A stretch of 64,000 nt of DNA from an uncultured Gemmatimonadaceae bacterium (GCA_963822945.1 CAWGJO010000021.1:1-64000), one strand, 5' to 3'. Positions 28,380 to 40,061 are shown, counted from the stretch's first letter. Numbers and translations are program-made. The notes: generated by a model from the sequence alone, not told the origin.

Positions 28380-29441
28380 ATGACCGCTCCCGTCGCCCCG
28401 GCGTCGGCGCGGGTGGAACGCGGGTGGGGCAAGCTCTTCCTCGCGATTCTCGCCTTCGTCTTCGTCCCCACCATTCCCCAGTTCCGCGCGCTGCTGCCGG
28501 TGGAGCACACCATCGTGTTGCTCGTGCCGGCACTCGCCGCGTGCTTCGTGGTGGGATGGTGGGCGGGCGGCAGGCTGCCGCTGGCGCTGTTGTTCGTGGC
28601 CCTGGCGGCGTATCTGATGATGCAGCAACCCGCGGCCCCTTCCGTGTTCGCCAACCTGCAGCGGGGATGGAGTCTGCTGCTGGCGGGAGCGTTCGGACTG
28701 GTGTGCCTGTTCGGCATGCGGCGGGCGCTGTTCGGCCGCGCCCTGATCGCGATGGCCGTCGCGCTGATCCTGGCGCTGGCGATGTCCATGTTGGGCCCGG
28801 TGTCCGGCGCCGAGGTGCACAAGGCCGTGGATAGCGAGCTCGCCGCGCGCAACACCGACACCATGCACAAGCTCGACACCTTCCTCGGGCAGTATCCGGA
28901 TCAGTGGAACGATCTCGTGAAGAAGGTGCCGCAGCTCGGGGAGTTGCCGGCCGAGACGGAGAAGCAGCTCACGGTGCTCGCCTCGACGGGCACCGGCCTG
29001 TATCCGTCGCTGCTGCTGCTGGAATCGCTGGTGGCCCTGGCCATCGCCTGGACCACCTATCATCGCCTGGGGCGCGCGCGGCTCGGACCGCCGCTGGCGC
29101 CGCTCCGGGAATTTCGGTTCAACGATCAGTTCGTCTGGGGCTTGATCGTGGGCCTGATCATCCTGTTCCTGCCGGTGCTGTCGCGGTTCGAACGGTTCGG
29201 GGAGAATCTGCTCGTGTTCTTCGGCGCGCTGTACGCCGTCCGCGGGCTGGGAGTGCTGTCCTGGTTCCTCGCGCCCGGCGCGCTGGCCGTCATGGCCACG
29301 GTCGGCTTCGCGATGCTCTGGGCCCCGTTCCTGAATGCCGTGGCCGCCGTCGGGTTCCTGCTTCTCGCGATCGCCGCGTTCGGACTCGGCCTGGGAGACA
29401 CCTGGGCCGACTGGCGGAACCGCGCTCGTCCCACTTCGTAA
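28380..29441 (+). CDS. DUF2232/YybS-like membrane protein
   Basis: Multi-TM protein between rpsR and rplI, C-terminal GLGDTWADWR. Confidence 0.8.
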   Translation: MTAPVAPASARVERGWGKLFLAILAFVFVPTIPQFRALLPVEHTIVLLVPALAACFVVGWWAGGRLPLALLFVALAAYLMMQQPAAPSVFANLQRGWSLLLAGAFGLVCLFGMRRALFGRALIAMAVALILALAMSMLGPVSGAEVHKAVDSELAARNTDTMHKLDTFLGQYPDQWNDLVKKVPQLGELPAETEKQLTVLASTGTGLYPSLLLLESLVALAIAWTTYHRLGRARLGPPLAPLREFRFNDQFVWGLIVGLIILFLPVLSRFERFGENLLVFFGALYAVRGLGVLSWFLAPGALAVMATVGFAMLWAPFLNAVAAVGFLLLAIAAFGLGLGDTWADWRNRARPTS

Positions 29442-29459
29442 CCGGTTTCGGGTACTCTT

Positions 29460-29903
29460 ATGGAAATCATTCTTCGCCAGGGCGTCGAGAATCTCGGCAA
29501 GCCCGGAGACGTGGTCTCGGTTCGCGCGGGCTACGCCCGCAACTACCTGTTGCCGCGCGGCCTCGCCTACGAGGCGACGCCGGGCAACCTGAAGCGCATC
29601 GCGCAGGAGCGGACGCGGCTCGAAGCGGCCGAGAACGCGCGCCGCGAAGCCGCGCAGAGCATCGCCACCACGCTCGAGCAGGTCTCGCTCACCTTCTCGG
29701 CCCGTGTGGGCGAGGAAGGGAAGCTGTTCGGCTCGGTGACCGCCGCCGACATTCACCAGCAACTCGAAGCGCAGGGTGTGCACGTCGAGCGCCGGCAGAT
29801 CGACCTGCACGAGCCGATCAAGGCACTGGGCGTGTACAAGGTGCCGGTGCGGCTGCACGCCGACGTAAAGCCCGAAATTCGGGTTTGGGTGATCAAGCAG
29901 TAA
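29460..29903 (+). CDS. rplI: 50S ribosomal protein L9
   Basis: GYARNYLLPRG, KLFGSVT, PIKALG. Confidence 0.98.
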   Translation: MEIILRQGVENLGKPGDVVSVRAGYARNYLLPRGLAYEATPGNLKRIAQERTRLEAAENARREAAQSIATTLEQVSLTFSARVGEEGKLFGSVTAADIHQQLEAQGVHVERRQIDLHEPIKALGVYKVPVRLHADVKPEIRVWVIKQ

Positions 29904-30009
29904 CGGCGGCCGCGGCTTCCGCGCCCGCGCGCTGCGCCGCCGGCCGCTCCGCGGTCGGCGGCGCCTGTTTCAGGCTCCCGCCGCTCCACCGGCCGGGTTA
30001 ATCTACGAC

Positions 30010-30390
30010 ATGCCTTCCCCGTCGCCCGCCATTTCCGTTTCCCAGCTCGTCCAGCGCGCCGCGCGCGCCTGCACCGAGAACAAGGCCGACCGCGTGGTCA
30101 TCCTCGACCTCCACGGCGTGGCCGACATGACCGACTACTTCGTCATCGCGAACGGAACGTCGGACACGCACGTGCGCGCCCTCGCCGCGCACGTGATGGA
30201 GGAGCTGGCCAAGGTCGGGCAGCGTCCGTACCACGAAGAGGGACTGACCACGGGCCGGTGGGTGCTGCTCGACTACGTGGACTTCGTGGTCCACCTGTTC
30301 CATCCCTCGCTCCGCGAGTTCTATCAACTCGAGCGGCTGTGGGGAGACGCCGAGACCATTCCCGTGGCCGCCCAGGGGGCGGGTGCGTGA
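30010..30390 (+). CDS. rsfS: Ribosome silencing factor
   Basis: DYFVIANGTSDTHV, WVLLDYVDFVVH, REFYQLERLWGD. Confidence 0.96.
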   Translation: MPSPSPAISVSQLVQRAARACTENKADRVVILDLHGVADMTDYFVIANGTSDTHVRALAAHVMEELAKVGQRPYHEEGLTTGRWVLLDYVDFVVHLFHPSLREFYQLERLWGDAETIPVAAQGAGA

Positions 30391-33300
30391 TTCGGCACGC
30401 GGCGGCGCTCGTCGCGGTCGCGATCGCCGCTGGGTCGGTGCGCCCGCTCGGCGCGCAGGACTACTTCGGCCAGAACCAGGTGCAGTACACGCCCTTCGCC
30501 TGGCATACGCTCGAGACCGACCACTTCCTCATCTACTACTATCCCGTGGAGCGGCCGGCGGCGATGGACGCCGCGCGCATGGCCGAGCGCGCCTACGCCC
30601 GGCTGTCGCGGATCCTCGATCACAAGTTCATCGAGAAGAAGCCGATCGTCCTCTACGCGTCGCGCACCGACTTCGCCGCCAACAACGTGACCGGCGATCT
30701 GGGCGAGGCCGTGGGCGGCGTCACCGAGGCCCTGCGCCACCGGATGCTGCTCAATTTCACCGGCGACTACCGCAGCTTCGAACACGTGCTCACGCACGAG
30801 ATGGTGCACGCCTTCCAATACGACGTGTTCGCGCACGGCCACGCCGGCAGCGGTCTCCAGGCGCTGGCCCAGGTGAATCCGCCGCTCTGGTTCGCCGAAG
30901 GCATGGCCGAGTACCTGTCGCTGGGGCCCACCACGCCGCTCACCGATGCCTGGATGCGGGACGCCGCGCTCAACGGCAACATCCCGACCATCCAGGAGAT
31001 GACCGACGATCCCGACAAGTACTTCCCGTACCGCTACGGCCACTCGTTGTGGGCGTACATCGGGGCCCGGTGGGGCGATGACGCGATCGGGCAGATCCTG
31101 CGCGCCACGCCCGCGCTCGGCGTGGAGAAGGCCATCCGCCGCACCACCGGCCTGTCGTACGACGAGTTGGGCGAGGCCTGGAAGGAATACCTGCAGCGGC
31201 GCTACCTGCCGGCCATCGCCGACCTGTCCCGCGTGCGCGACGTCGCGAAACCGATGCTCAACCCCACGCGCAGCGGCGGCAGCATCTTCCTGGCCCCGAC
31301 CCTCTCGCCCCACGGCAAGTACGTCGCCTTCCTGGCCAACGGCAATCCGGCCCGCGGCCAGGTGTTCATCGACCTCTGGCTGGCCGACGCCACCACCGGC
31401 AAGCGCCTCGAACGGCTGGTGAAGAGCACCACCGATCCGAACTACGAGGAGCTGCGCGTTCTCTACTCGCAGAGTTCCTTCTCCCCCGACGGCCAGCGGC
31501 TCGCGTTCACGGCGCAGTACGCGGGGCGCGACGTGCTCTACGTGTTCGACGTGGCCAGGCGGCAACCCATCGCGCGCCTCGACCACCTGCCCTTCGAGAG
31601 CGTCACCAACCCCACCTGGTCGCCCGACGGCAAGCGCCTGGCGTTCAGCGGCAGCCACGGCGGCATCACGAATCTGTGCATCGTGGACGCCGATGGGAGC
31701 CACCTGCAGCGGCTCACGTCCGACAAGTTCGCGGAGCTGCAGCCGGCCTGGTCGCCCGACGGCAAGACCATCGCCTTCGTGACCGACCGCGGGCCCAGCG
31801 CCAGCTTCGCCCTGCTGCGCTTCCCCAACTGGCGCATCGCGCTCTACGACCTCGCATCGGGCACCATCCGGCTGCTCCCCGATCAGGCGGGGCGCAACCT
31901 GAACCCGCAGTGGTCGCCCGACGGCGCGTCCATCGCCTACATCTCCGACCGCACCGGCACGGCCAACCTGTTCCTGTACCGCCTGGCCACCCAGGAGCAC
32001 TACCAGCTCACCAACCTGGTGGGCGCCGTCTCGGGCATCACGGAATACAGCCCCGCCATCACCTGGGCGCGCGACGCCGACCGGCTGGCCTTCACGTACT
32101 TCTCCGACGGCAAGTACACCGTGTGGAGCCTGGACCATCCCGAAACGCTCGCCGGCGCCGCCTACCAGCCGCCCGCGGTGGCCGCGGCCGTGCCCATGCC
32201 CGCGCCGGAGCGCCCGCGATTCCACGACGCTGCAGGCACGCGGCGACAGTGCGGTGGTCAGCGTCGCCGCGTTGCTCGACAGCATGCCGCTCGGACTCCC
32301 CGACACCACGCGCTTCCGCGACCTGCCGTACGACGGGCGCTTCCGCCCCGAGTACGTGCTCGCGCCCGAGCATCGGCTACGCGCCCGACAACTACGGGCG
32401 CAACTTCTTCGGCGGCGCCACCATGGTCCTCGGCGACATGCTCGGCGACCATCGCGTGGCGGTGTCGGCGGAGATCAACGGCCGGCTGAGCGAGGCCCGG
32501 GTGTATCTCGGGTACACCAACCTCGCCCACCGCTGGCAGTACACCACGGGGTTCGCGCAGTCGCCCTTCTACTTCCTCACCGGCGACTCCATCGTCAATG
32601 CCGGCACGCCGTCGAGTAGCAGCGAGCACCAGGAAATCACGACGTACGTGGCCCGCCAGGTGTACGGGCTCACGTCCTATCCGCTCGATCGCTTTGCCCG
32701 CTTCGAGATCGGCGGCGGCTTCAACAACATCGACCGCGAACGCTGGTTCATCAGCCGTGCGGTGGACAACGGGATCTCGGTCTCGCCCTTCCAGTTCGAC
32801 AGCACGCGCCGGGACCACAGTCTCAACTACCTGGACGCGCAGTTCGCCTACGTATTCGACAACTCGCTGTACACGCCCACCGGCCCGATCGCCGGTCAGC
32901 GCTACCGGCTGCAGGTCACGCCCGTAGTGGGGGCGTACGACTGGATGGAGTATCTGGCCGACTACCGCCGGTACGACCCGATCATCTTCAACAACCTCAC
33001 GGTGGCCACGCGCCTCTACGCCAATATCGCCGTGGGGCGGGACGAGACGGCCTTTCCGAAGTACATTGCCCGTTCGGACTACGTCCGCGGCTACGACCGC
33101 AACAACCAGTTCTACGCCAGTTGCCCCGTGGTCGGGGCCAATCCGTCCAACTGCAGCGCCCTGCAACTCCTGGGAAGCCGCGTTCTGGTGGCCAACGCCG
33201 AACTGCGCTTTCCGTTGATTCGCAAGATCGATCTCGGCATCGTGCCGGTCTCCCTGCCGCCGATCGACGGCTTCGTGTTCTACGACGAGGGGCTCGCCTG

Positions 33301-33499
33301 GTCCCGCGGGCAGGCGGTGTACGGCGCGCGTCCCGTGAATTACGATCTCACCCGCCAGCGGTATCCGCTGCGCAGCTACGGAGTGGGCCTACGCTTGAAT
33401 CTGTTCAACTACGCGCTCATCAGCTGGAACTACGCGATCCCGCTGGACCAGCCCGGACACCACGGCTTCTGGACATGGTCGCTATGGCCCAGCTTCTGA
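30387..33499 (+). CDS. Exported fusion of a zincin (peptidase MA-like) domain, PD40/TolB beta-propeller and Omp85/BamA-like beta-barrel (frameshifts about 32210-32370)
   Basis: Signal peptide, FGQNQVQY, HEMVH...WFAEG, repeated PxWSPDG, VRGY and LLGSRVLVANAELRFP, terminal Phe. Confidence 0.82.
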
Positions 33500-34989
33500 C
33501 CCGCCGCGCCCTGGTGGCCGCCGCGCTGGCGGCAGCCGCCTGCGGCGAACCCAAGGGCCTCGTACCGGTGAGTGCGGCCGGCAGCGGATCGCAGAGCGGC
33601 CCCGACGCGCTGGTACTCCGTGCGCCGCTGACGGGCGGCACGCCGCACGTGTACGCGTACACGCACCTCGACTCGGTGATGTGGACCGGCTCGTCCCGGA
33701 CCCCCGCCATCGCCCGCGTGCTCGCGTTCGACGGCGACGCCGGCTCGCTGCTGGCCGTCGATTCGCACGACCAGCCGGTGCGCCTCGACCTGCGCTCCGG
33801 CGCCTTCGACCAGGTGTCGGATACCGCCCTGCTCAACGCCGTCTCGGCCGACGGGTCCACGGTCTACGGCACCGACGCCAAGGGCGACGTGCTCCGGTAT
33901 ACGACCAGCGCGAGCTGGACGTTCACCCCGCCGCAACTGGCCCGCGCGGTCTTTCCCCAGGAGGACGGCTCGCTGCTCGTGGCCGGCGGACACGACGATG
34001 CCACGCGGGTGTGGAAGCTCTTCCCCCCGGAGTCCAAGATCGTCGACTCGGCCAGCCTGCCGTCCACCTGGCGGCCGCTGCCGCACGAAGTGGGCGAGCG
34101 CCTGTACCTGATCGTCGACTCCGGCCTCGTGAGCCTGAACGCGCGGACCCTCCACTGGAATCCATCGGTGCGCTTCGCGGCGCGAATCGCTGCCGCCGCG
34201 GTCAGCCCCAGCGGCGACCGCGTCTTCGTCGTCACCGATTCCAGCCGGGCGCTGAACGTCGTGGACCGGTACCGCAACGCGATCGCCGACCGCATCACCC
34301 TGCCCGGCCAGGCGTCGGACCTGCGCTTCGACCCGCTGGGCCGCTACCTGCTGGCCCGCGAGCAGGGCCGTGATTCCGCATGGGTGGTGGCCATCGGCAG
34401 CTACCACGTCCTGGGCGCCGTGGCCAGCGCCTGGCGGCACGACCTGCCGTTCGTGGGGCCCGACGGCGCCATCGCGCTCGCGCAGGGCAAGGACGTCGTC
34501 TTCGTCGACGGCGAGACGCTGCGCCCCGCCAACCGCGTGCGCGGCGGCGCGGCCGACTATTGGTTCCCCTTCCACTGGAACGGGTTCCGGCCGCGGCAGT
34601 CGTCGCTCGACGTCCCGGTGAGCTTCAACCTCGCGTCGGCCGACAGCGTGCGCACGGCGATCGACGCCGCGGCCGCCGACTCCGCCGCGCGCGCCGCCCA
34701 GGCGGCCGACAGCCTGCGGCAGGCCGCCGGAACGACCGCGGTGCGCGATACGGTGATCGCGCAGGTGGGCTACAACGTCTCGTTCGCCGCCCTGCTCTCG
34801 GAGAGCCACGCCCACGACCTGGCCGCGCAGATCAACGTGGAGGGTCAGCAGGCGCGCGTCGAGCCGTTGGTGCGCAACGGCACCACCATCTATCGCGTGG
34901 TGCTCGGCCCCTACCCCACGCGCGACGAGGCCGACCGCGTGGGGCGCGCGTCGCAGCACACCTACTTCGTGTACGAGGCCACGCGGTGA
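33484..34989 (+). CDS. Lipoprotein with beta-propeller and C-terminal SPOR domain
   Basis: Lipobox AAAC; C-terminal YRVVLGPYPTRDEA. Confidence 0.75.
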   Translation: MAQLLTRRALVAAALAAAACGEPKGLVPVSAAGSGSQSGPDALVLRAPLTGGTPHVYAYTHLDSVMWTGSSRTPAIARVLAFDGDAGSLLAVDSHDQPVRLDLRSGAFDQVSDTALLNAVSADGSTVYGTDAKGDVLRYTTSASWTFTPPQLARAVFPQEDGSLLVAGGHDDATRVWKLFPPESKIVDSASLPSTWRPLPHEVGERLYLIVDSGLVSLNARTLHWNPSVRFAARIAAAAVSPSGDRVFVVTDSSRALNVVDRYRNAIADRITLPGQASDLRFDPLGRYLLAREQGRDSAWVVAIGSYHVLGAVASAWRHDLPFVGPDGAIALAQGKDVVFVDGETLRPANRVRGGAADYWFPFHWNGFRPRQSSLDVPVSFNLASADSVRTAIDAAAADSAARAAQAADSLRQAAGTTAVRDTVIAQVGYNVSFAALLSESHAHDLAAQINVEGQQARVEPLVRNGTTIYRVVLGPYPTRDEADRVGRASQHTYFVYEATR

Positions 34990-35708
34990 ACGCATCGGCC
35001 CTGCCCCATGGGCCGGGGCGGCTGCGGCGACTGGGGCCGGCGTTCCTGGGGCTCTGTCTGACCGTCGTGGTGCTTGCGGTGGGGTTCTGGCTCATGGAGC
35101 GGCCCCTGGTGAGGGGGCACGGGCCCGACTACCAGCGTCCGCTCGCCGCCTCCGGGCTCGAGGACGGCGCCGCGATCATGAGCCAGGCCGGCATCCCGGC
35201 GCACACCGCTCCCGACCTTCCCGGGGCCACGCAGCCGCGGGCCCCGTACGCGGTGCGCGTCGGCCATGCGAATACGCCCGCGGGTGCTATCTTACGGCTT
35301 CGGAAAGTGGGAGCGTTCGCACCTGCGGGTACGTTCGCGCCCATGCCCGATGGGGCGGCCGGCGACTACCAGATCGTGGCCGGCGCCTATGCGACCTCCA
35401 ACGATGCCGAAGCGCTCCTGCAGGCTCTCCGGGCGCACGGCCAACTCAGTGAAACGAGCGGAACGATAGTGCGCGTTCCGCTGGCATTCTTGATCGAGCG
35501 GGACGTGGCGGCCGATGCCGCGGCGGCGCGCGTGGCGGCCTTTGCCGCCCGCGGGTTGCCGGTGTACGCGCTGCGCCAGGCCGATGGCCGGGCGTGGCTC
35601 TACGCCGGCGCCTTTGCTTCGGCGGCGGATACCACGCTGCTGGGCGATGCCCTGCGGAACGCCGGCGTACACGGCACGCTCGCGTACCGAACCGGGAGAC
35701 CTTTCTAG
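34986..35708 (+). CDS. Membrane-anchored SPOR-like protein
   Basis: One TM helix, YQIVAGAY, LYAGAF; coupled to smc. Confidence 0.6.
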   Translation: MNASALPHGPGRLRRLGPAFLGLCLTVVVLAVGFWLMERPLVRGHGPDYQRPLAASGLEDGAAIMSQAGIPAHTAPDLPGATQPRAPYAVRVGHANTPAGAILRLRKVGAFAPAGTFAPMPDGAAGDYQIVAGAYATSNDAEALLQALRAHGQLSETSGTIVRVPLAFLIERDVAADAAAARVAAFAARGLPVYALRQADGRAWLYAGAFASAADTTLLGDALRNAGVHGTLAYRTGRPF

Positions 35709-38700
35709 TGCGGTTGACCAAGCTCGAGATGCACGGCTTCAAGTCGTTCGCCGACGAGACCACGCTGACGTTCAATCAGGGCGTCACCGCCATCGTCGGC
35801 CCCAACGGCTGCGGCAAATCCAACGTGTCCGATGCCGTGCGCTGGGTGTTGGGCGAGCAGCGCGCCCGCCTGCTGCGCGGCGCCAAGATGGAGGAGGTCA
35901 TCTTCCAGGGCTCGTCGGCGCGGCGCGCCGTGAACGTGGCCGAGGTCTCCCTGCACTTCGACAACGAGGACGGCGGACTCCCGATCGCCTTCCGCGAAGT
36001 GGTGATCACGCGCCGGCTGTCGCGGTCGGGCGAGAGCGACTACCTGCTCAACGGCGCTCCCTGCCGGCTGCGCGACATCCACGACCTGCTGCGCGGCACC
36101 GGCCTCGGCGCCGACACGGGGGTGGTGATCGAGAGCAAGATGATCGACGCCCTGCTGTCCGATCGCCCCGACGACCGGCGCGAGCTGTTCGAGGAGGCGG
36201 CGGGCGTGGGGCTGTACCGCGACCGGCGGCGCACCACCGAGCGCCGCCTCGAGGAGACGACGGTCGATCTGCAGCGCCTGGACGATCTGATCAGCGAGGT
36301 CACGACGCAGGTGCGTTCGCTGGCGCGCCAGCGCCGCCGTGCCGAGCGCTACGCCGAACTGAGCGGCCGCCGCTACACCGTGGAGATCGCGCTGGCAGCG
36401 CGCGAGATGCAGGCCTGGCAGGACGAGCTGCAGCGGCTCGAGGTGCGCGTGAACGAGTTGCGGGCCCAGGCGCCCGAGCGCGAGTCGCGCGTGGCGGAAG
36501 CGGAGCGCGCCCGCGACGCGGCCCACGACGCGCGCACCGCCGCCGAGGCCCAGCGCAACGAGCTGTCGCGCCTGGTGGCCGAGCAGCGCGAGCGCGTGCA
36601 GCAGATCCGCGGCGAGATGGCCGTGGCCGAAGAACGCCGCCGCAACGCGCAGATGCGCCGCGAACGCGCCGAAGCCGAGGCGTCGCACGGGCAGCTCACC
36701 CGCACGCGCCTCGAGGAGGACCTCCAGCGGGCCTCCACCGAGAAGCAGGAACTCGAAGCGTCGCTCCATGCGCTCGAAGCCGAACTGGCCGACCGGCAGC
36801 GGCGCGAGGACGGGAGCCGCGAGGCGGTGGCCACGGCCCGCGCCGCCACCGAGCGCGCCGAACAGGCGCTGCGCGAGATGCAGGACCGGGCGCGGCGCAT
36901 CCATCTCGACCGCGAGCGCAGTCAGCGGGAACTGGACGAGACCACGCAGCAGCTCACCGTGCTGGAGCAGGAGCGGGTGACGCTCACCGATGCCTTCACC
37001 GCGGCGCAGCGTGATCTCGAAACAGCGGCCGCGGCGCTCGAGACCGCGCGCGCCGCGTCCACGGCCGCCGACGCCGAGTTGCAGGCCGCGCGTGAGGCCG
37101 ACCGGGCCGCGCGCGAGCGCGACGTCGAAGCCCGCGGGAATCTCGCCCGCCTCGAGCAATCGCTCACCGCGCTCGAGGGCAAGGTGCACGCCCTCGAAGG
37201 GCTGGAGCGCGAACGCGTGGGGCTCGCCCCCGCCGCGGCACGCCTGCTCCGCGAGCGCGACCAGTTCGGCGACGGCGCCGTGCTCGGCCCGCTCAGCGAT
37301 TTCCTGTCGGCCGACCAGGCCGGCGCCGTGCTCATCGAGCGCTTCCTGGGCGCCACCGTGCACGCCGTGCTGGTGCGCGACCGGCAGGTCGCCGAGGCCG
37401 TGCGCCGGTGGCATCAGGCCGCCAATCCGGGACCGCTGCTGCTGCTGCCCCTCGACGCCGCGCCGCAGCCGAGCGACGTGCCGGCGCCCGACGCGCTGGC
37501 GGCGGGCGCGCAGGCGCAGCCGCCGGCCGACGCCTGGGTCCGGGCACTGCTTGGACAGGTGCGCGCCGAAGCCGAGGGAACGGCGTTCGTCGATGGCCGG
37601 GGCGCGGTCTGGCTCCCGGGCACCGGGGGCGGACCGGGTCCCCTGCGCCGCCGCGCCGAGCTGTTCGCCCTGCGCGGGGAACTCGCCGCGAGTCAGACCG
37701 CCCGCGGCGAGGCCGAACAGGCGGCACAGGCGGCCGCGCAGGCGCTCACGCAGTCGGAACAGCGGGTGGCCTCGGCGTCCGACGCCGCCTCGCACGCGCA
37801 GCAGGCGCTGAGTACCGCCGCCGCCGCCCACAGCGATGCGGCGCGTGCCGTGCAGCGCGCCGAGCGCGATCTGCAGGCCGCTGCTGAACTGGCCGGCCGG
37901 ATGGAGCGCCGGTGCGGGGAACTCCGCGCCGCGATCGCGGCATTCGACGAGGAGAGCGAAACGCTGCGCGGCGGACTCGCCGAACGCGAGACCGACATCG
38001 CCAACGCGCGCGCCGCCCTCGCCGAGGCCGACGCCGAGCAGGAACGGGCGCGCGAGCAGCGCTCGGCGTGGCAGGTGGAGCAGGCGCAGGTGCAGGCGCG
38101 CGCCCAGGTGGCCGCCGACCGCGAGCGCCGCCTCGGCGAGGAATTGCGCTCCGCCGCCGAGCGGCTGGACGCCCTGAGCGCGGAGTTGGGAGGGCTGAGC
38201 AGCAGCGATGCCGAACTCCACGAACAGATGACCACCTGGCGCACGGACCTCGATGCGCGTCAGGCCGCGCTCAGCGACGCCGAGCAGCGGCTGGCGGGAG
38301 CGGAGCGTGCCGTGGTCAGCACCGACGCCACGCTCACCGAGGCCGAGCATACCCTGGATCGCGCGCGGCACGACGGCAGCGCCGCCGCCGAGGAGTTGCA
38401 CCACGCCGAGTTGCGGTTCACCGAGTTGTCGGGCCGCCGCGCCGCCATCCGCGAACGGCTGGAGACCGAGTGGCGCAAACCGCTGGACGAGATGATCGCC
38501 AACGCCGAGCCGCTGGAACTCGACGACGACGCGCTGCGCGCCGAAGCCGACGACCTGCGGCAGCAGATCGAACACCTCGGCGCGGTGAACGTGCTGGCCA
38601 TCGAGGAGCACGACGAGACCGTCAAGCGCCTCGACTTCCTCACCGCCCAGCGCGACGATCTCACCGAAGCCAAGAACTCGCTGCTCCAGGCCATCCGCGA

Positions 38701-39226
38701 GATCGACGCCACCGCCCGCGAGCTGTTCCTGCAGACCTTCGTGCAGGTGCGCGAGAACTTCCGCCAGATCTTCATGACCCTGTTCGGCGGGGGCGAGTGC
38801 GACCTGCGGCTGGAGAACCCCGAGGCGCCGCTGGACTGCGACATCGAGGTGCACGCGTCGCCGCGCGGCAAGCGCACGCAGCGCATCCACCTCCTGTCGA
38901 GCGGCGAACGGGCCCTCGTCGCCCTGTCCCTGCTGTTCGGCATCTTCCTCACCAAGCCGAGTCCCTTCTGCCTGCTCGACGAAGTGGATGCGCCGCTGGA
39001 CGACGCCAACGTCGGACGTTTCGTGCGCATGCTCACCGAGTTCAAGAAGAAGACGCAGTTCATCGTGATCACGCACAACCCGCGCACCACCACCGAGGCC
39101 GCCGACGCCGTCTTCGGCGTCACGATGCAGGAGCCGGGGGTCTCGTCGCTGGTGAGCGTGCGCATGAAGGGTGCGTCGGTGGACGCGGCCGTGGCCGAGC
39201 CCGCGGAGACCGCTGCCACGGCATGA
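35708..39226 (+). CDS. smc: Chromosome segregation protein SMC
   Basis: GFKSF, VGPNGCGKSN, coiled coils with hinge, LSSGE, LDEVDAPLD. Confidence 0.97.
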   Translation: MRLTKLEMHGFKSFADETTLTFNQGVTAIVGPNGCGKSNVSDAVRWVLGEQRARLLRGAKMEEVIFQGSSARRAVNVAEVSLHFDNEDGGLPIAFREVVITRRLSRSGESDYLLNGAPCRLRDIHDLLRGTGLGADTGVVIESKMIDALLSDRPDDRRELFEEAAGVGLYRDRRRTTERRLEETTVDLQRLDDLISEVTTQVRSLARQRRRAERYAELSGRRYTVEIALAAREMQAWQDELQRLEVRVNELRAQAPERESRVAEAERARDAAHDARTAAEAQRNELSRLVAEQRERVQQIRGEMAVAEERRRNAQMRRERAEAEASHGQLTRTRLEEDLQRASTEKQELEASLHALEAELADRQRREDGSREAVATARAATERAEQALREMQDRARRIHLDRERSQRELDETTQQLTVLEQERVTLTDAFTAAQRDLETAAAALETARAASTAADAELQAAREADRAARERDVEARGNLARLEQSLTALEGKVHALEGLERERVGLAPAAARLLRERDQFGDGAVLGPLSDFLSADQAGAVLIERFLGATVHAVLVRDRQVAEAVRRWHQAANPGPLLLLPLDAAPQPSDVPAPDALAAGAQAQPPADAWVRALLGQVRAEAEGTAFVDGRGAVWLPGTGGGPGPLRRRAELFALRGELAASQTARGEAEQAAQAAAQALTQSEQRVASASDAASHAQQALSTAAAAHSDAARAVQRAERDLQAAAELAGRMERRCGELRAAIAAFDEESETLRGGLAERETDIANARAALAEADAEQERAREQRSAWQVEQAQVQARAQVAADRERRLGEELRSAAERLDALSAELGGLSSSDAELHEQMTTWRTDLDARQAALSDAEQRLAGAERAVVSTDATLTEAEHTLDRARHDGSAAAEELHHAELRFTELSGRRAAIRERLETEWRKPLDEMIANAEPLELDDDALRAEADDLRQQIEHLGAVNVLAIEEHDETVKRLDFLTAQRDDLTEAKNSLLQAIREIDATARELFLQTFVQVRENFRQIFMTLFGGGECDLRLENPEAPLDCDIEVHASPRGKRTQRIHLLSSGERALVALSLLFGIFLTKPSPFCLLDEVDAPLDDANVGRFVRMLTEFKKKTQFIVITHNPRTTTEAADAVFGVTMQEPGVSSLVSVRMKGASVDAAVAEPAETAATA

Positions 39227-39260
39227 GGCGCGCCACCACCGCGCTCGCGGAGCCGGCCCG

Positions 39261-40052
39261 GTGACGGCGGACGATCGCCGGCCCGGCGCGCCCCTTCGGC
39301 TCACCACCCTCGGCACCGGCACCATCGCCCTGTCGCCCACCCGCGCCTGCAGCGGCTACCTCGTGGAGCACGACGGGGTCCGTCTGCTCATGGACTGCGG
39401 CAATGGGGTAGCACGGCGGCTGGCCGAACTCGCCCTGCCCTGGCCCGAGATCACGCACGTGGCCCTGAGCCACTTCCACATCGACCATCATGGCGACCTG
39501 CCGACGCTGATCTTCGCGTCGAAGTACGGCATCCTGCCGCCCCGGAGCGCCCCCCTGCAGATCATCGGCCCGGTGGGCACGGCCGACCTCCTGCAGCGCC
39601 TGGCCGCCGCCTACGGCGCCTGGGTCACCGACCCGGGATTCCCGATCCAGGTGGTCGAGACCGCCCCCGGCGCCCCTCTGCTTCTGGGGGACGCCGTGCG
39701 CCTGGAGGCCTTCAAGGTTCCCCATACGGTGGAAAGTGTGGCATATTCCGTCACGGCCGGCGCGCACCGGCTCGTCTACTCCGGCGACACCGGGTTCGAT
39801 CCGGGCCTCGCGGAATGGGCCAAGGGGTGCGACGTCCTGCTGTGCGAGTGTTCGCTTCCCGAGACCATGGCCATCGTGGAGCACCTGACGCCGGAACAGT
39901 GCGGCGCGCTCGCGGCAATCGCAGGACCCCGGCGCCTGGTGCTCACGCACCTGTACCCGCCGGTGGAGAACGTTGACATCTCGGCCGCCATCGCGGCACG
40001 ATACCCCGGTCCGGTGACCGTCGCGCACGACGGCTGGCAGACCGACATCTGA
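39261..40052 (+). CDS. MBL-fold metallo-hydrolase (RNase Z-like)
   Basis: LGTG, DCGNG, SHFHIDH, YSGDT, LTHLY. Confidence 0.88.
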   Translation: MTADDRRPGAPLRLTTLGTGTIALSPTRACSGYLVEHDGVRLLMDCGNGVARRLAELALPWPEITHVALSHFHIDHHGDLPTLIFASKYGILPPRSAPLQIIGPVGTADLLQRLAAAYGAWVTDPGFPIQVVETAPGAPLLLGDAVRLEAFKVPHTVESVAYSVTAGAHRLVYSGDTGFDPGLAEWAKGCDVLLCECSLPETMAIVEHLTPEQCGALAAIAGPRRLVLTHLYPPVENVDISAAIAARYPGPVTVAHDGWQTDI

Positions 40053-40061
40053 GGAGTTGAC

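Noticed and set aside
35705..39340. Long antisense ORFs (1211 aa opposite smc, 983 aa opposite the DUF4175-like gene, and others)
   Set aside because: Shadow ORFs expected from high-GC codon bias; no protein motifs.
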